From: Megasphaera elsdenii DSM 20460
GTDB taxonomy: Bacteria > Bacillota > Negativicutes > Veillonellales > Megasphaeraceae
Assembly (NCBI RefSeq): GCF_003010495.1
Contig: NZ_CP027570.1
Span: 1-32,000, forward strand
DNA: 32,000 nucleotides
Direction: 5' to 3'
Program-made: the position numbers and the translations under genes
Notes under the pieces: model-generated
The model's input: the letters and a program-made list of their open reading frames with translations, nothing else
Database searches by the model: none
What the model was told of the DNA's origin: nothing
Part shown: positions 7,979-16,124 of the stretch, one piece after another
Layout: every line of letters begins with the position of its first letter
Position numbering within the stretch: the first letter of the stretch is position 1

Positions 7979-9481
7979 CTACATATCCTTTTTATTTTGA
8001 TATTTTTGCCGCATCCGGTAAATCGTCGAGCGGCTGATGCCGAGTTCTTTGGCGATATCCGATACGCTTTTACCGTCTTGGTACAGTTTTTCAATGTAAT
8101 CATACGTCATGGCCTTGAGATTCCGGTCGCGGACATTCTTGTCCGGCACGACAGGCGGATTGGGCAGGACCCAGGCTAAGTCGGGCAAGGTAATCTTTTC
8201 CTCACGGACGACCAAGGACAGGCGTTCGATGGTATTGGCCAGCTGACGGACATTTCCCGGCCAGGGAAGGGTCTGGAAATAATCGAGGACGTCCTGCCCC
8301 AAATCATGAGGCTGACCGTATTGTTCATTGAACCGCTGAAGCAGGGTCCGGGCAAGGACGGCCACATCCTCTCTGCGCTGGCGCAAGGGCGGCATGTGGA
8401 TGAGCAGGACAGCCAGGCGGTAATAGAGGTCCAGCCGGAAGTGGTGCTCCTGGACAGCCTGTTCTAAATCCTTATTCGTCGCGGCAATGATACGGACGTC
8501 AATGGGAATGACATTGTGAGCACCCAGGCGGCGGACACTGCGTTCCTGCAAGACCCGAAGCAAGTGGTTCTGCAAATTATACGGCATATCTCCGATTTCG
8601 TCGAGGAATAAGGTTCCCCCATTTGCTGCTTCAAAGAGCCCTTCACGGCCATCACGGCGCGCTCCCGTAAAGGAACCGCCGGTATAACCAAAGAGTTCAC
8701 TCTCTAAGAGGCTTTCTGAGACGGCCCCACAGTTGATGGCGATGAACGGCCCGTGACACCGGCTGCTCAGATTGTGGATAGCCTGGGCCATCATTTCTTT
8801 TCCCGTCCCCGATTCACCGGTAATGAGGATGGTCGATTCCGTAGCGGCATAAATCCGGGCCAACCTTTTGACTTGCTGCATCATAGGCGAAGTACCGATG
8901 ATATCGTCCAAATGATAATAGGCCATCATCCCGGACCGCGATGAAATCGTCCTTCCCGGGGCCATCCGGGATTGACGCAGGCTCCACAGGGCTTTGAAAA
9001 AAGCCCGCACGAGGCCGCCCCATCCTGGCTGCAAGGGAATCCAGCCCAGTCCTTCGCCACGAGCATACGTTTCGATACCGGCACTCCCGACGACATACTG
9101 GATGCCTGAAAGTGCCGCCTGATGGACGGCGGTCTGCATCGCCCGCTCATCGCTATCCGAGGCCAGGCAATAAAAAGTGACCCCCATCGCCTTGAACTGC
9201 ACCTCTAAACCATCATAATAGGCGCGCAGCGAAAAGGGAATGATGACGCCGCAGGATTTCCCCTCGGGAACCTGACGGACACAATTCAACAAATCGAGGA
9301 CGCTGGGCTGGACGACAAAAACTCGTTGCTGCGGATACGTGGCGGCGACAGCCGAAGCCATCGGGTCCCACAAAATGACGGCATCCCGGCCGGCCTGGAT
9401 ACTTTTCCGGATCCGATACGCCGCATCAGCCGCACTGCCATCAATCAAATCAAGATGGGCCAGCTTCCGCTTCTGTGTCAC
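7979..9481 (-). CDS. Sigma-54-dependent transcriptional activator (PrpR_N-like sensor + AAA+ sigma-54 interaction domain + Fis-type HTH)
   Basis: The central domain has Walker A GESGTGKE, a GSFTGA loop (GAFTGA variant) and Walker B LFLDEIG. The C-terminal HTH is SVSDIAKELGISRSTIYRMRQKY. The tracked start is a GTG with no Shine-Dalgarno sequence. The frame is open for 34 more codons upstream, and an ATG at 9587 is one base out of frame across a G9 tract (see findings), so the true 5' end is uncertain. Confidence 0.88.
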   Translation of the reverse strand: MTQKRKLAHLDLIDGSAADAAYRIRKSIQAGRDAVILWDPMASAVAATYPQQRVFVVQPSVLDLLNCVRQVPEGKSCGVIIPFSLRAYYDGLEVQFKAMGVTFYCLASDSDERAMQTAVHQAALSGIQYVVGSAGIETYARGEGLGWIPLQPGWGGLVRAFFKALWSLRQSRMAPGRTISSRSGMMAYYHLDDIIGTSPMMQQVKRLARIYAATESTILITGESGTGKEMMAQAIHNLSSRCHGPFIAINCGAVSESLLESELFGYTGGSFTGARRDGREGLFEAANGGTLFLDEIGDMPYNLQNHLLRVLQERSVRRLGAHNVIPIDVRIIAATNKDLEQAVQEHHFRLDLYYRLAVLLIHMPPLRQRREDVAVLARTLLQRFNEQYGQPHDLGQDVLDYFQTLPWPGNVRQLANTIERLSLVVREEKITLPDLAWVLPNPPVVPDKNVRDRNLKAMTYDYIEKLYQDGKSVSDIAKELGISRSTIYRMRQKYQNKKDM

Positions 9482-9559
9482 AGGCAGAAATTGTTCAATT
9501 TTTGTATATAACTGGGATGATGGAGTAACGATAGAAATCTTAAAAATTTCTTGTACCCT

Positions 9560-9568
9560 CCCCCCCCC
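9560..9568. repeat. Homopolymer C9 (G9 on the coding strand of the activator gene)
   Basis: Counted directly: t9559, then c9560-c9568, then g9569. Confidence 0.95.
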
Positions 9569-9833
9569 GCATTTTTTCTGTTTTCATGGCTTATTTTTAA
9601 AAATTTAAATCATATTCTACTGTTCTATGATTACATTTCATATTGCAAACGGAGATAGCCATATTATATCATGTATTTATAAAATTTATATAACATAATA
9701 AAACTAATTGTTATTAACTGATTTATGTATTTTATATTTGATTAATGTTTTTATATAATAAGATAATATAGATATCATATAAAATATTATTTTATTCATA
9801 CATTATCATACGAAAATTTTATAATTCAGCTTT

Positions 9834-9882
9834 AAAAAAAGACCTCGCATGGACATAGTCCTTATCATGCGAGGTCTTTTTT
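9834..9882. terminator. Bidirectional rho-independent terminator downstream of the DUF362 gene
   Basis: An A7 run is followed by the 11-bp stem gacctcgcatg (9841-9851) / catgcgaggtc (9866-9876) and a T6 run. U-tracts are available on both strands. Confidence 0.8.
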
Positions 9883-9915
9883 AAAGCATATGTATAGCGT
9901 TACAAAGCCAATATA

Positions 9916-11040
9916 TCAGCGGACGCAGACGAGTTCGTATTCCCGTGTGCCTAAGCCGATTTTTTCAGCGTGTTCCAGTGTCGTCTTCCAATCGACGTTG
10001 GGGTTACTGTCGAGGAAGTGGTCATGATGATGGTGCCAATCAGGTTTGGCCAGGTTATCCGACAACTGGCTGTTGGGCATAGGCGCTGCTTTCATGCAGG
10101 CATCGGCACAGGCCTGATCGAGAGCAACCGGGTCAAAGGAAGCGAACATGCCGATGTCTGGCAGGATAGGCGCATCATTTTCAGCATGGCAGTCGCAATT
10201 CGGCGAAACGTCCATGACCAGATTGATGTGGAAGCATGGGCGATCCTGGCAGACAGCCTGGGCGTATTCGGCCATCTTGCGGTCCAGTTTTTCATTGGCA
10301 TCCCATTCGACGGTTTCAATGGCGTCGAAGGCACAGGCGCCGATGCAGCGGCCGCAGCCTTTGCACAGGTCTTCGTGGATATGGGCGACGTTATTTTCAT
10401 AGGTAATGGCGTCAGAACCGCATTCCTGCGCGCAGCGATGACAGTTCTTGCACTTGCTTTCGTCGACTTTCGGTTTGCCCGACGAATGTTGTTCCATCTT
10501 GCCGGCACGGCTGCCGCAGCCCATGCCGATATTCTTAATGGCGCCGCCAAAGCCCGTCATTTCGTGGCCTTTGAAGTGAGCCAGGCTGATGAAGACGTCC
10601 GCATCCATAATGGCCCGGCCGATTTTCGCTTTTTCAACGTATTCACCATTCTTAACGGGCACTTCTACTTCATCGGTGCCACGCAAGCCGTCGCCGATGA
10701 TAATCTGACAGCCTGTCGTGACCGTGTTATAGCCATTGAGGTTGGCACAGTCCAAGTGTTCCAGTGCGTGCTTACGGCTGCCCGGATACAGCGTATTGCA
10801 ATCCGTCAAAAACGGGCGGCCGCCCAATTCCTTAACCAAATCGGCAACAGCCTTGACATACTGCGGCCGCAGCGAAGCCAGACAGCCCAGTTCGCCGAAG
10901 TGCATCTTGATGGCGACAAATTTCCCTTCAAAATTGATTCTTTCAATGCCTGCTTTTTTGCAGAGCTTCTGCAGTTTCTGCAGGTTGTTCTTGCCCGGCC
11001 GGCAGCGGAAATCCGTAAAATATACCTTCGCTTTTTCCAT
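9916..11040 (-). CDS. DUF362-family protein with inserted 2x[4Fe-4S] ferredoxin domain
   Basis: The 374-aa ORF starts MEKAKVYFTDFRC. It has two CxxCxxCxxxC motifs (CKNCHRCAQEC, CKGCGRCIGAC). An AGGAGGG SD lies 7 nt upstream of the ATG. Confidence 0.82.
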   Translation of the reverse strand: MEKAKVYFTDFRCRPGKNNLQKLQKLCKKAGIERINFEGKFVAIKMHFGELGCLASLRPQYVKAVADLVKELGGRPFLTDCNTLYPGSRKHALEHLDCANLNGYNTVTTGCQIIIGDGLRGTDEVEVPVKNGEYVEKAKIGRAIMDADVFISLAHFKGHEMTGFGGAIKNIGMGCGSRAGKMEQHSSGKPKVDESKCKNCHRCAQECGSDAITYENNVAHIHEDLCKGCGRCIGACAFDAIETVEWDANEKLDRKMAEYAQAVCQDRPCFHINLVMDVSPNCDCHAENDAPILPDIGMFASFDPVALDQACADACMKAAPMPNSQLSDNLAKPDWHHHHDHFLDSNPNVDWKTTLEHAEKIGLGTREYELVCVR

Positions 11041-11070
11041 GAGTATTCCCTCCTAAAACCAGTTATCTTC

Positions 11071-11101
11071 ATTGTACCACCTGAAGTACGCTCTAAGTCA
11101 A
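11071..11101 (-). promoter_or_regulatory. Candidate extended -10 promoter of the DUF362 gene
   Basis: The reverse strand reads TTGACT-N19-TACAAT, with TGG immediately before the -10 (TGnTACAAT). The 19-nt spacer is long, so the call rests on the extended -10. Confidence 0.35.
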
Positions 11102-11147
11102 CTATTTACTTATAACCGAGATGTAAAAAATCGATATGCAAAAAAAC

Positions 11148-11176
11148 TTGACGGATAGCGCATACCATGATATACT
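11148..11176 (+). promoter_or_regulatory. Sigma-70-type promoter of tRNA-Ser
   Basis: TTGACG (11148-11153), 17-nt spacer, TATACT (11171-11176), preceded by TGA (extended -10). The tRNA begins 16 nt after the -10. Confidence 0.6.
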
Positions 11177-11191
11177 AGCAAAGTACCTTAT

Positions 11192-11280
11192 GGAGCGGTA
11201 TCGAAGTGGTCATAACGGGGCTGACTCGAAATCAGTTAGGCCGAAAGGTCTCGTGGGTTCGAATCCCACCCGCTCCGCCA
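11192..11280 (+). tRNA. tRNA-Ser (anticodon CGA), CCA encoded
   Basis: The acceptor stem GGAGCGG pairs with CCGCTCC. The anticodon arm is GCTGA-CTCGAAA-TCAGT, giving anticodon CGA. There is a long variable arm (TAGGCCGAAAGGTCTC), a T arm GTGGG-TTCGAAT-CCCAC, discriminator G and CCA. Length is 89 nt, typical of class II Ser tRNAs. Confidence 0.95.
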
Positions 11281-11285
11281 AATCG

Positions 11286-11331
11286 AAAGCGCACTGATAA
11301 GCCATTCATGGAACTTATCAGTGCGCTTTTT
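11286..11331. terminator. Bidirectional terminator shared by tRNA-Ser and the convergent doc gene
   Basis: The 14-bp stem agcgcactgataag (11288-11301) pairs with cttatcagtgcgct (11314-11327). It is flanked by AAA on the left and TTTTT on the right. The doc stop codon is at 11332-11334. Confidence 0.8.
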
Positions 11332-11736
11332 CTATGTTTCCATTTTCTTATGTTTCAATAACCATTGTTTGATTCCATCACTATCCAAATTATCAGCAGC
11401 AACATCAACCACCATATCTTCTAATTCTTGTTGTGTATAATCTAAATCAATCCCATTGATATAAAGAAATACCAACATGCTATGAATAGCAGAGCGTTTA
11501 TTACCATCGCGAAATGGGTGATTTTTTGTAAGGCCATAACATAATCTAGCTGCTTTATCTAAAATAGTAGGATAAAGTTCTTCCCCAGCAAATGACTGAA
11601 ACGGAGTACTTACGGCAGATTCCAGCAAATTCATATCATGAATGCCTTTATCCATAACATATCTCTGCTCCATCTCTTCATGAAAAGCAAGTACATCTTC
11701 TAGGATAATTTCTATCAATATTTGCTCGTGTTTCAT
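11332..11736 (-). CDS. doc: Doc (death-on-curing) family Fic-fold toxin
   Basis: The 134-aa ORF carries HPFRDGNKRSA, matching the Doc signature HxFx(D/N)(A/G)NKR. It overlaps the upstream small ORF by 4 nt (ATGA). Confidence 0.88.
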   Translation of the reverse strand: MKHEQILIEIILEDVLAFHEEMEQRYVMDKGIHDMNLLESAVSTPFQSFAGEELYPTILDKAARLCYGLTKNHPFRDGNKRSAIHSMLVFLYINGIDLDYTQQELEDMVVDVAADNLDSDGIKQWLLKHKKMET

Positions 11737-11891
11737 CGATTTTCTAAGTCCCTATAGGCTTTTTCATTGCGTTGAAACATGAGCTGAGAGGCCTTACGGA
11801 TTTTTTCTTTTATTTCTTGATTTCCTTTGCTGGTAAGAATTTTTCTTTCAACAGGTACCTTGATTACTTTGGCAGAATCAGATAAATTCAT
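11733..11891 (-). CDS. Putative antitoxin of the Doc module (52 aa)
   Basis: MNLSDSAKVIKVPVERKILTSKGNQEIKEKIRKASQLMFQRNEKAYRDLENR. The ATG at 11891 lies 9 nt after a perfect AAGGAG (11906-11901). The longer tracked start at 11987 has no SD. The 4-nt overlap with doc is typical of type II TA operons. The family could not be assigned by eye. Confidence 0.55.
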   Translation of the reverse strand: MNLSDSAKVIKVPVERKILTSKGNQEIKEKIRKASQLMFQRNEKAYRDLENR

Positions 11892-11992
11892 GACATTCAT
11901 CTCCTTACATACATTCTTACTCACTATAGGTGATATTAACTTATTATAAATAAGTATATCACACCTTGTAAAGTATTTACTACGCAAGCATC

Positions 11993-12171
11993 AAAAAGGC
12001 GCTGTCGCACGAAGACAGCGCCTTTTGGAGTTTGAAGTTGAAAGTTTGATGTTTGATGTGGATGGTTTTAAATTTAAAGCAATCGCCTCAAACATCATAC
12101 ATCAAACCTCAAACATTAAAGAGAAAGGGGCCTCGCATGATGGCAGAAACCTTCGTGCGACAGCCCCTTTT
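11993..12171. repeat. Composite palindromic intergenic element, copy E2 (two terminator hairpins flanking heptad arms and core)
   Basis: The left hairpin is ggcgctgtc-gcacgaa-gacagcgcc (11998-12022) with A5/T4 flanks. The left arm is tttgaag ttgaaag tttgatg tttgatg. The core gtggatggttttaaatttaaag lies at 12058-12079. The right arm is cctcaaa catcata catcaaa cctcaaa. The right hairpin aaaggggcctcgcatgatggcagaaaccttcgtgcgacagcccctttt lies at 12124-12171. The element is downstream of the typA stop (12212). Confidence 0.8.
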
Positions 12172-12211
12172 TGAATATTAAGTTTGTAAGTTGTAGTTTT
12201 TAGTGAAAAGC

Positions 12212-14026
12212 TTACTGCTGTGCACGACGCATCGCTTTTTTGCGGTCGTGTTTGTCGAGGATGGCTTTGCGGATACGGATGCTCTTCGGCGTAACTTCTA
12301 CGAGTTCGTCGTCGTTGATCCATTCCAGGGATTTTTCCAAGCCCATTTCCTGCGGCGGCGTGAGGCGGAGTGCTTCGTCCGAGGCGGAGGAACGGGTGTT
12401 GGTCAAGTGTTTCTTCTTGCACGGGTTGACATCGATATCGACGTCGCGGTTGCTTTCACCGACGACCTGGCCGAGGTAGATTTCTTCGCCCGGTTTGATG
12501 AACATCGTGCCGCGGTCCTGCAGGTTGAAGATGCCGTAGCCGGTAGTCGTGCCCGATTCAAAGGCAACTAAGCTGCCGCGGGTACGGCCCGGGATTTCGC
12601 CTTTCCAGGGAGCATAGCCGTGGAAGACGTGGTACATGATACCATTCCCTTTGGTAGCTGTGAGAAATTCGCTGCGGAAGCCGATGAGGCCACGGGCCGG
12701 GATGATAAATTCCAGGCGGGTGTAGCCGGAGATATCGGTCATGTTGACCATTTCGGCTTTACGGGTACCGAGTTTTTCCATGACAGCGCCCATAAATTCA
12801 GGCGGAACGTCGATGGTGAGAGCTTCCAGCGGTTCGCATTTCTGGCCGTTGATTTCTTTGGTGATGACGCTCGGTTTACCGATCTGGAGTTCATAACCCT
12901 GACGGCGCATTTCTTCGATGAGGACAGCGATGTGGAGTTCGCCACGGCCCGATACTTTGAAAGCATCGGCGCTGTCTGTTTCTTCGACGCGCAGGGATAC
13001 GTTGGTCTGGACTTCGCGGAACAAGCGGTCGCGGAGATGACGGCTGGTGACGTATTCCCCTTCCTGGCCGGCAAAGGGGCTGTCGTTGACGTAGAAAATC
13101 ATGGACAGCGTCGGTTCGTCGATGTTGATTTTCGGCAGGGCTTCCGGATTCTGCGGGTCCGTAACGGTTTCGCCGATCTTGAGGTCCGGAATACCGACGA
13201 TGCAGGCGATTTCGCCCATAGCGGCTTCATCCTGTTCGACTCGTTTCAAGCCTTCATAGGTATAGACGCGGCCGATTTTGGCTTTGCGCTGGCCTTCGCC
13301 GTCGGTGACGACGACGTTCTGGTTCGGATGCATTTTGCCGCGGACAATACGGCCGATAGCGATTTTACCGACATAATCGTCGTAGTCCAACGTCGTGACC
13401 ATGAACTGCAGCGGGCCTTCGGCATCGCCTTTCGGGCACGGGCAGTATTTGATGATGGTCTTGAACAGCGGTTCGAGATTATCGCTGTCGTCGTCCATGG
13501 AGTATTTAGCAATGCCATCGCGGCCGTTTGCATAGACGACCGGGAAATCGAGCTGTTCGTCTGTCGCATCGAGTTCCATGAACAATTCAAGAACTTCGTC
13601 TTCGACTTCAGCGACGCGGGCACCGGGTTTGTCGATTTTATTGATGACGACGATTGGTTTCAATTTCTGTTCCAAAGCCTTGCGCAAAACGTATTTCGTC
13701 TGCGGCATCGGGCCTTCAAAAGCATCGACGAGGAGCAGTACGCCGTCTACCATGTTCAGTACACGTTCTACTTCGCCGCCGAAGTCAGCATGCCCCGGGG
13801 TGTCGACGATGTTGATCTTGACGCCTTCGTGCATGACAGATGTATTTTTGGACAAGATTGTAATGCCGCGTTCACGTTCAATATCTCCAGAGTCCATGAC
13901 ACGTTCTTCTACTTTTTCGTTAGAACGGAAAACATGGCTCTGTTTGAGCATGGCGTCGACCAGTGTCGTTTTGCCATGGTCAACGTGGGCAATAATTGCA
14001 ATATTACGAATATCTTTGCGTTCCAT
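12212..14026 (-). CDS. typA: Translational GTPase TypA/BipA
   Basis: The 604-aa ORF has G1 [10 protein letters not shown]3 DTPGHADF and G4 NKID. It is collinear with EF-G-like domains. A GAGAGAGAGGA SD precedes the ATG. Confidence 0.96.
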   Translation of the reverse strand: MERKDIRNIAIIAHVDHGKTTLVDAMLKQSHVFRSNEKVEERVMDSGDIERERGITILSKNTSVMHEGVKINIVDTPGHADFGGEVERVLNMVDGVLLLVDAFEGPMPQTKYVLRKALEQKLKPIVVINKIDKPGARVAEVEDEVLELFMELDATDEQLDFPVVYANGRDGIAKYSMDDDSDNLEPLFKTIIKYCPCPKGDAEGPLQFMVTTLDYDDYVGKIAIGRIVRGKMHPNQNVVVTDGEGQRKAKIGRVYTYEGLKRVEQDEAAMGEIACIVGIPDLKIGETVTDPQNPEALPKINIDEPTLSMIFYVNDSPFAGQEGEYVTSRHLRDRLFREVQTNVSLRVEETDSADAFKVSGRGELHIAVLIEEMRRQGYELQIGKPSVITKEINGQKCEPLEALTIDVPPEFMGAVMEKLGTRKAEMVNMTDISGYTRLEFIIPARGLIGFRSEFLTATKGNGIMYHVFHGYAPWKGEIPGRTRGSLVAFESGTTTGYGIFNLQDRGTMFIKPGEEIYLGQVVGESNRDVDIDVNPCKKKHLTNTRSSASDEALRLTPPQEMGLEKSLEWINDDELVEVTPKSIRIRKAILDKHDRKKAMRRAQQ

Positions 14027-14076
14027 CTAATGTCCTCTCTCTCATTAACAAATATTAGATTGTATGTAACTAGATT

Positions 14077-14105
14077 AGTATAGCATGGATTGCGCAGAAA
14101 TGCAA
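14077..14105 (-). promoter_or_regulatory. Candidate sigma-70 promoter of typA
   Basis: The reverse strand reads TTGCAT (14105-14100), 17-nt spacer, TATACT (14082-14077). Confidence 0.5.
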
Positions 14106-14106
14106 A

Positions 14107-14138
14107 GCCGCCTGCTGAATTTATTGTCAACAGGCGGT
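14107..14138 (-). terminator. Candidate terminator hairpin after the flavoprotein gene
   Basis: The stem gccgcctg (14107-14114) pairs with caggcgg (14131-14137). On the minus strand it is followed by a T-rich but interrupted tract (CTTTGCATTT). Confidence 0.45.
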
Positions 14139-14144
14139 AAAATA

Positions 14145-14687
14145 TCAGATAGATTTTCCTAATTCATAGGCTTTCTGCAGCCATTTCGGGTGATTTCCTA
14201 CGGCGTTGGCTTCGCTCATGCCGCCGGCGTTGAAGCCTCCGGCATGATGGGCCTTGTCAAAGCAGCGGATCCAGCCATCGAGGGTCGATACGGCCCGTTT
14301 CGCCGTGTCCGGTGCGTCGTCGGCCGAGACGGTGATGAGATAGATGTCGCGGAAGCGGTAGGGCTGGCCGTAGAGCGGATTGGTCCTATCGAGGAAGGTC
14401 TTCAGCTGGCCGCAGATATCGTAATAGTAGATAGGTGAAGCAAAGACGACGGCGTCTGCTTCCTGGACCTTCTTGATGAGGTCGGTAGCGTCGTCCTGGA
14501 TGGGACAGTAGAGCAAGCGGTGACAGGCCATGCAGCCTTCACAATAACGGATATCCCGGCCGGCCAAACTGAGAACTTCTACGTCGTTCCCCGCTTCGAG
14601 GGCCCCGCGGCCGGCTTCCCGGGCCAGCTGCTCGGAATTGCTGTCCGGACGGAGACTGGAAGATAAGATGAGGACTTTTTTAGCCAT
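14145..14687 (-). CDS. Iron-sulfur flavoprotein-like NAD(P)H-dependent FMN reductase (Isf family)
   Basis: The 180-aa ORF has a flavodoxin-like N-terminus (KVLILSSSLRPDSNS). It carries the compact cysteine motif CEGCMACHRLLYC (CX2CX2CX5C) characteristic of Isf proteins. Confidence 0.8.
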   Translation of the reverse strand: MAKKVLILSSSLRPDSNSEQLAREAGRGALEAGNDVEVLSLAGRDIRYCEGCMACHRLLYCPIQDDATDLIKKVQEADAVVFASPIYYYDICGQLKTFLDRTNPLYGQPYRFRDIYLITVSADDAPDTAKRAVSTLDGWIRCFDKAHHAGGFNAGGMSEANAVGNHPKWLQKAYELGKSI

Positions 14688-14711
14688 GAGACAACACCCT
14701 TTCCGAAAAAA

Positions 14712-16019
14712 TCAGGCTTTATTTTTATGGAGCATAATGCGCAGAACTTCTTCATCAGTCTGCTGCATCCCCTGCGAGGCCAAGAGGCCGACGTTTTTTA
14801 GACACTCTTCGGCGGAATAGGCGACCAAACCATCCGTCCCTTGGACGCGCACGTCGCTGAGGGCCAAGAGGACTGCCTCATAAGCGGCATGGACGGAGGC
14901 CGAGACCTTCATGGAACAGCTGTTGGCTGCGCCATCGCAGACCATACCGACGATGGAGCCGGACATGGTGGCCAGGGCCCGTTCGATGACGGCTAGCGGT
15001 TCGTTATCGGCCAGCAGCCAGGCCATCCCCGCAGCGGCTCCCATGGAAGCCGTGACGGTGGCACAGAAGGCTGACAGTTTCGGCAAATAGCCGTGAGCAT
15101 AGATGGCGACCATACTGGACAAGGCCAGGGCCCGCAGCCGTTTTTCCGGCGTGACGCCGAGGAAATCGGCGACGACTGTCACCGGCTCCGTCGCGGCGAT
15201 GCCCTGATTGCCTGATCCGGAATTGGTCATCGCCGGAAAGGCAGCACCGCCCATGCGGGCATCCGACGCGGCGACGGTACGGATCTGGATGCGATGGGAC
15301 AAATCGTCTGCTAAGACGCCCTTTTCGACTAACTGCTGCAGGGTATAGCCGATTTTCAAGCCGTATTTCCCGGTCAAGCCCTCCTGAGACAAGTAGTCGT
15401 TGAGCCGTTCCGCTTCCTTTAGGAAAGCAAGGTCTTCGATCGGCACTTGCTCAGCGAAATCGACGATATCTGCCAAGGTCAGCGTATGGAGGAAGGCGAT
15501 TTTCGGGTCTTCGCCGCTGCCCCCGTCAACGCGCTGGTCCCGGAGGACTTTGCCGTCTTTTTCGATAAAGACGATGTTCGTATGGTCATCGGTGATGACG
15601 ACGCGGACACGGTGGTTTTCGCCATAGACGACGGCTTCGGCATAGAGGACATGCGGCGTATCTTCCCGGACAGACACGGTGATCTTGCCGTCAGCGACGT
15701 ACTGTTTGCCCAGGGCGACGACGTCTGGCGTCAAGGCCTTGAGGACCTGCAAGCCCGCATCGGCATCGCCGCCGAGAGCGCCGACAGCTGCTGCAATGTA
15801 AAGGCCTGGCATCCCTGTCCCCGGCACGGTGACGCCCATGCCGTTCTTCATCAGGTTGGCCGAGACCCAGCCGTCGACGAAGCGCACCGGTTCGCCCAGT
15901 TCCCGGGCTGCCGTCGCCGCGGCATAGGCCAGGGCAATCGGTTCCGTACACCCCGTCGCCGGCGTCACATCTTGTTTGATGACGCCGATCATTTCGTTCC
16001 ACATAGCTCGTTTATCCAT
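14712..16019 (-). CDS. cyuA: L-cysteine desulfidase family protein (UPF0597, CyuA/YhaM-like)
   Basis: The 435-aa ORF appears collinear with my recollection of E. coli YhaM. Shared blocks are TGCTEPIALAYAAA, NLMKNGMGVTVPGTG, DARMGGA, SGSGNQG and CDGAANSC. Only 24 nt separate it from the flavoprotein gene, so co-transcription is likely. Confidence 0.82.
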   Translation of the reverse strand: MDKRAMWNEMIGVIKQDVTPATGCTEPIALAYAAATAARELGEPVRFVDGWVSANLMKNGMGVTVPGTGMPGLYIAAAVGALGGDADAGLQVLKALTPDVVALGKQYVADGKITVSVREDTPHVLYAEAVVYGENHRVRVVITDDHTNIVFIEKDGKVLRDQRVDGGSGEDPKIAFLHTLTLADIVDFAEQVPIEDLAFLKEAERLNDYLSQEGLTGKYGLKIGYTLQQLVEKGVLADDLSHRIQIRTVAASDARMGGAAFPAMTNSGSGNQGIAATEPVTVVADFLGVTPEKRLRALALSSMVAIYAHGYLPKLSAFCATVTASMGAAAGMAWLLADNEPLAVIERALATMSGSIVGMVCDGAANSCSMKVSASVHAAYEAVLLALSDVRVQGTDGLVAYSAEECLKNVGLLASQGMQQTDEEVLRIMLHKNKA

Positions 16020-16124
16020 GACAATCCCTGCTTTCTCTCATTAAGATAGGTATTATAACGTAAATCGTATCACGTACTTTTCTAATACCATCATAGCATG
16101 ATTCTTATGATAAAACAATATAGT

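Noticed and set aside
9970-11115. Long antisense ORFs opposite well-supported genes (9970-11115 +, 12620-14083 +, 16228-17079 +, 21064-22005 +, 29160-30173 +, 30855-31976 -).
   Set aside because: Each overlaps a gene with unmistakable family motifs on the other strand (DUF362, TypA, MurB, deacetylase, ABC-F, FtsH). They are the usual stop-poor antisense frames of GC-biased codon usage and lack SD sequences.
11192-12000. tRNA-Ser as the attachment site of an integrated genomic island.
   Set aside because: There is no integrase or recombinase, and I could not find a direct repeat of the tRNA 3' end at the far side of the AT-rich segment. Only a two-gene TA islet is supported.
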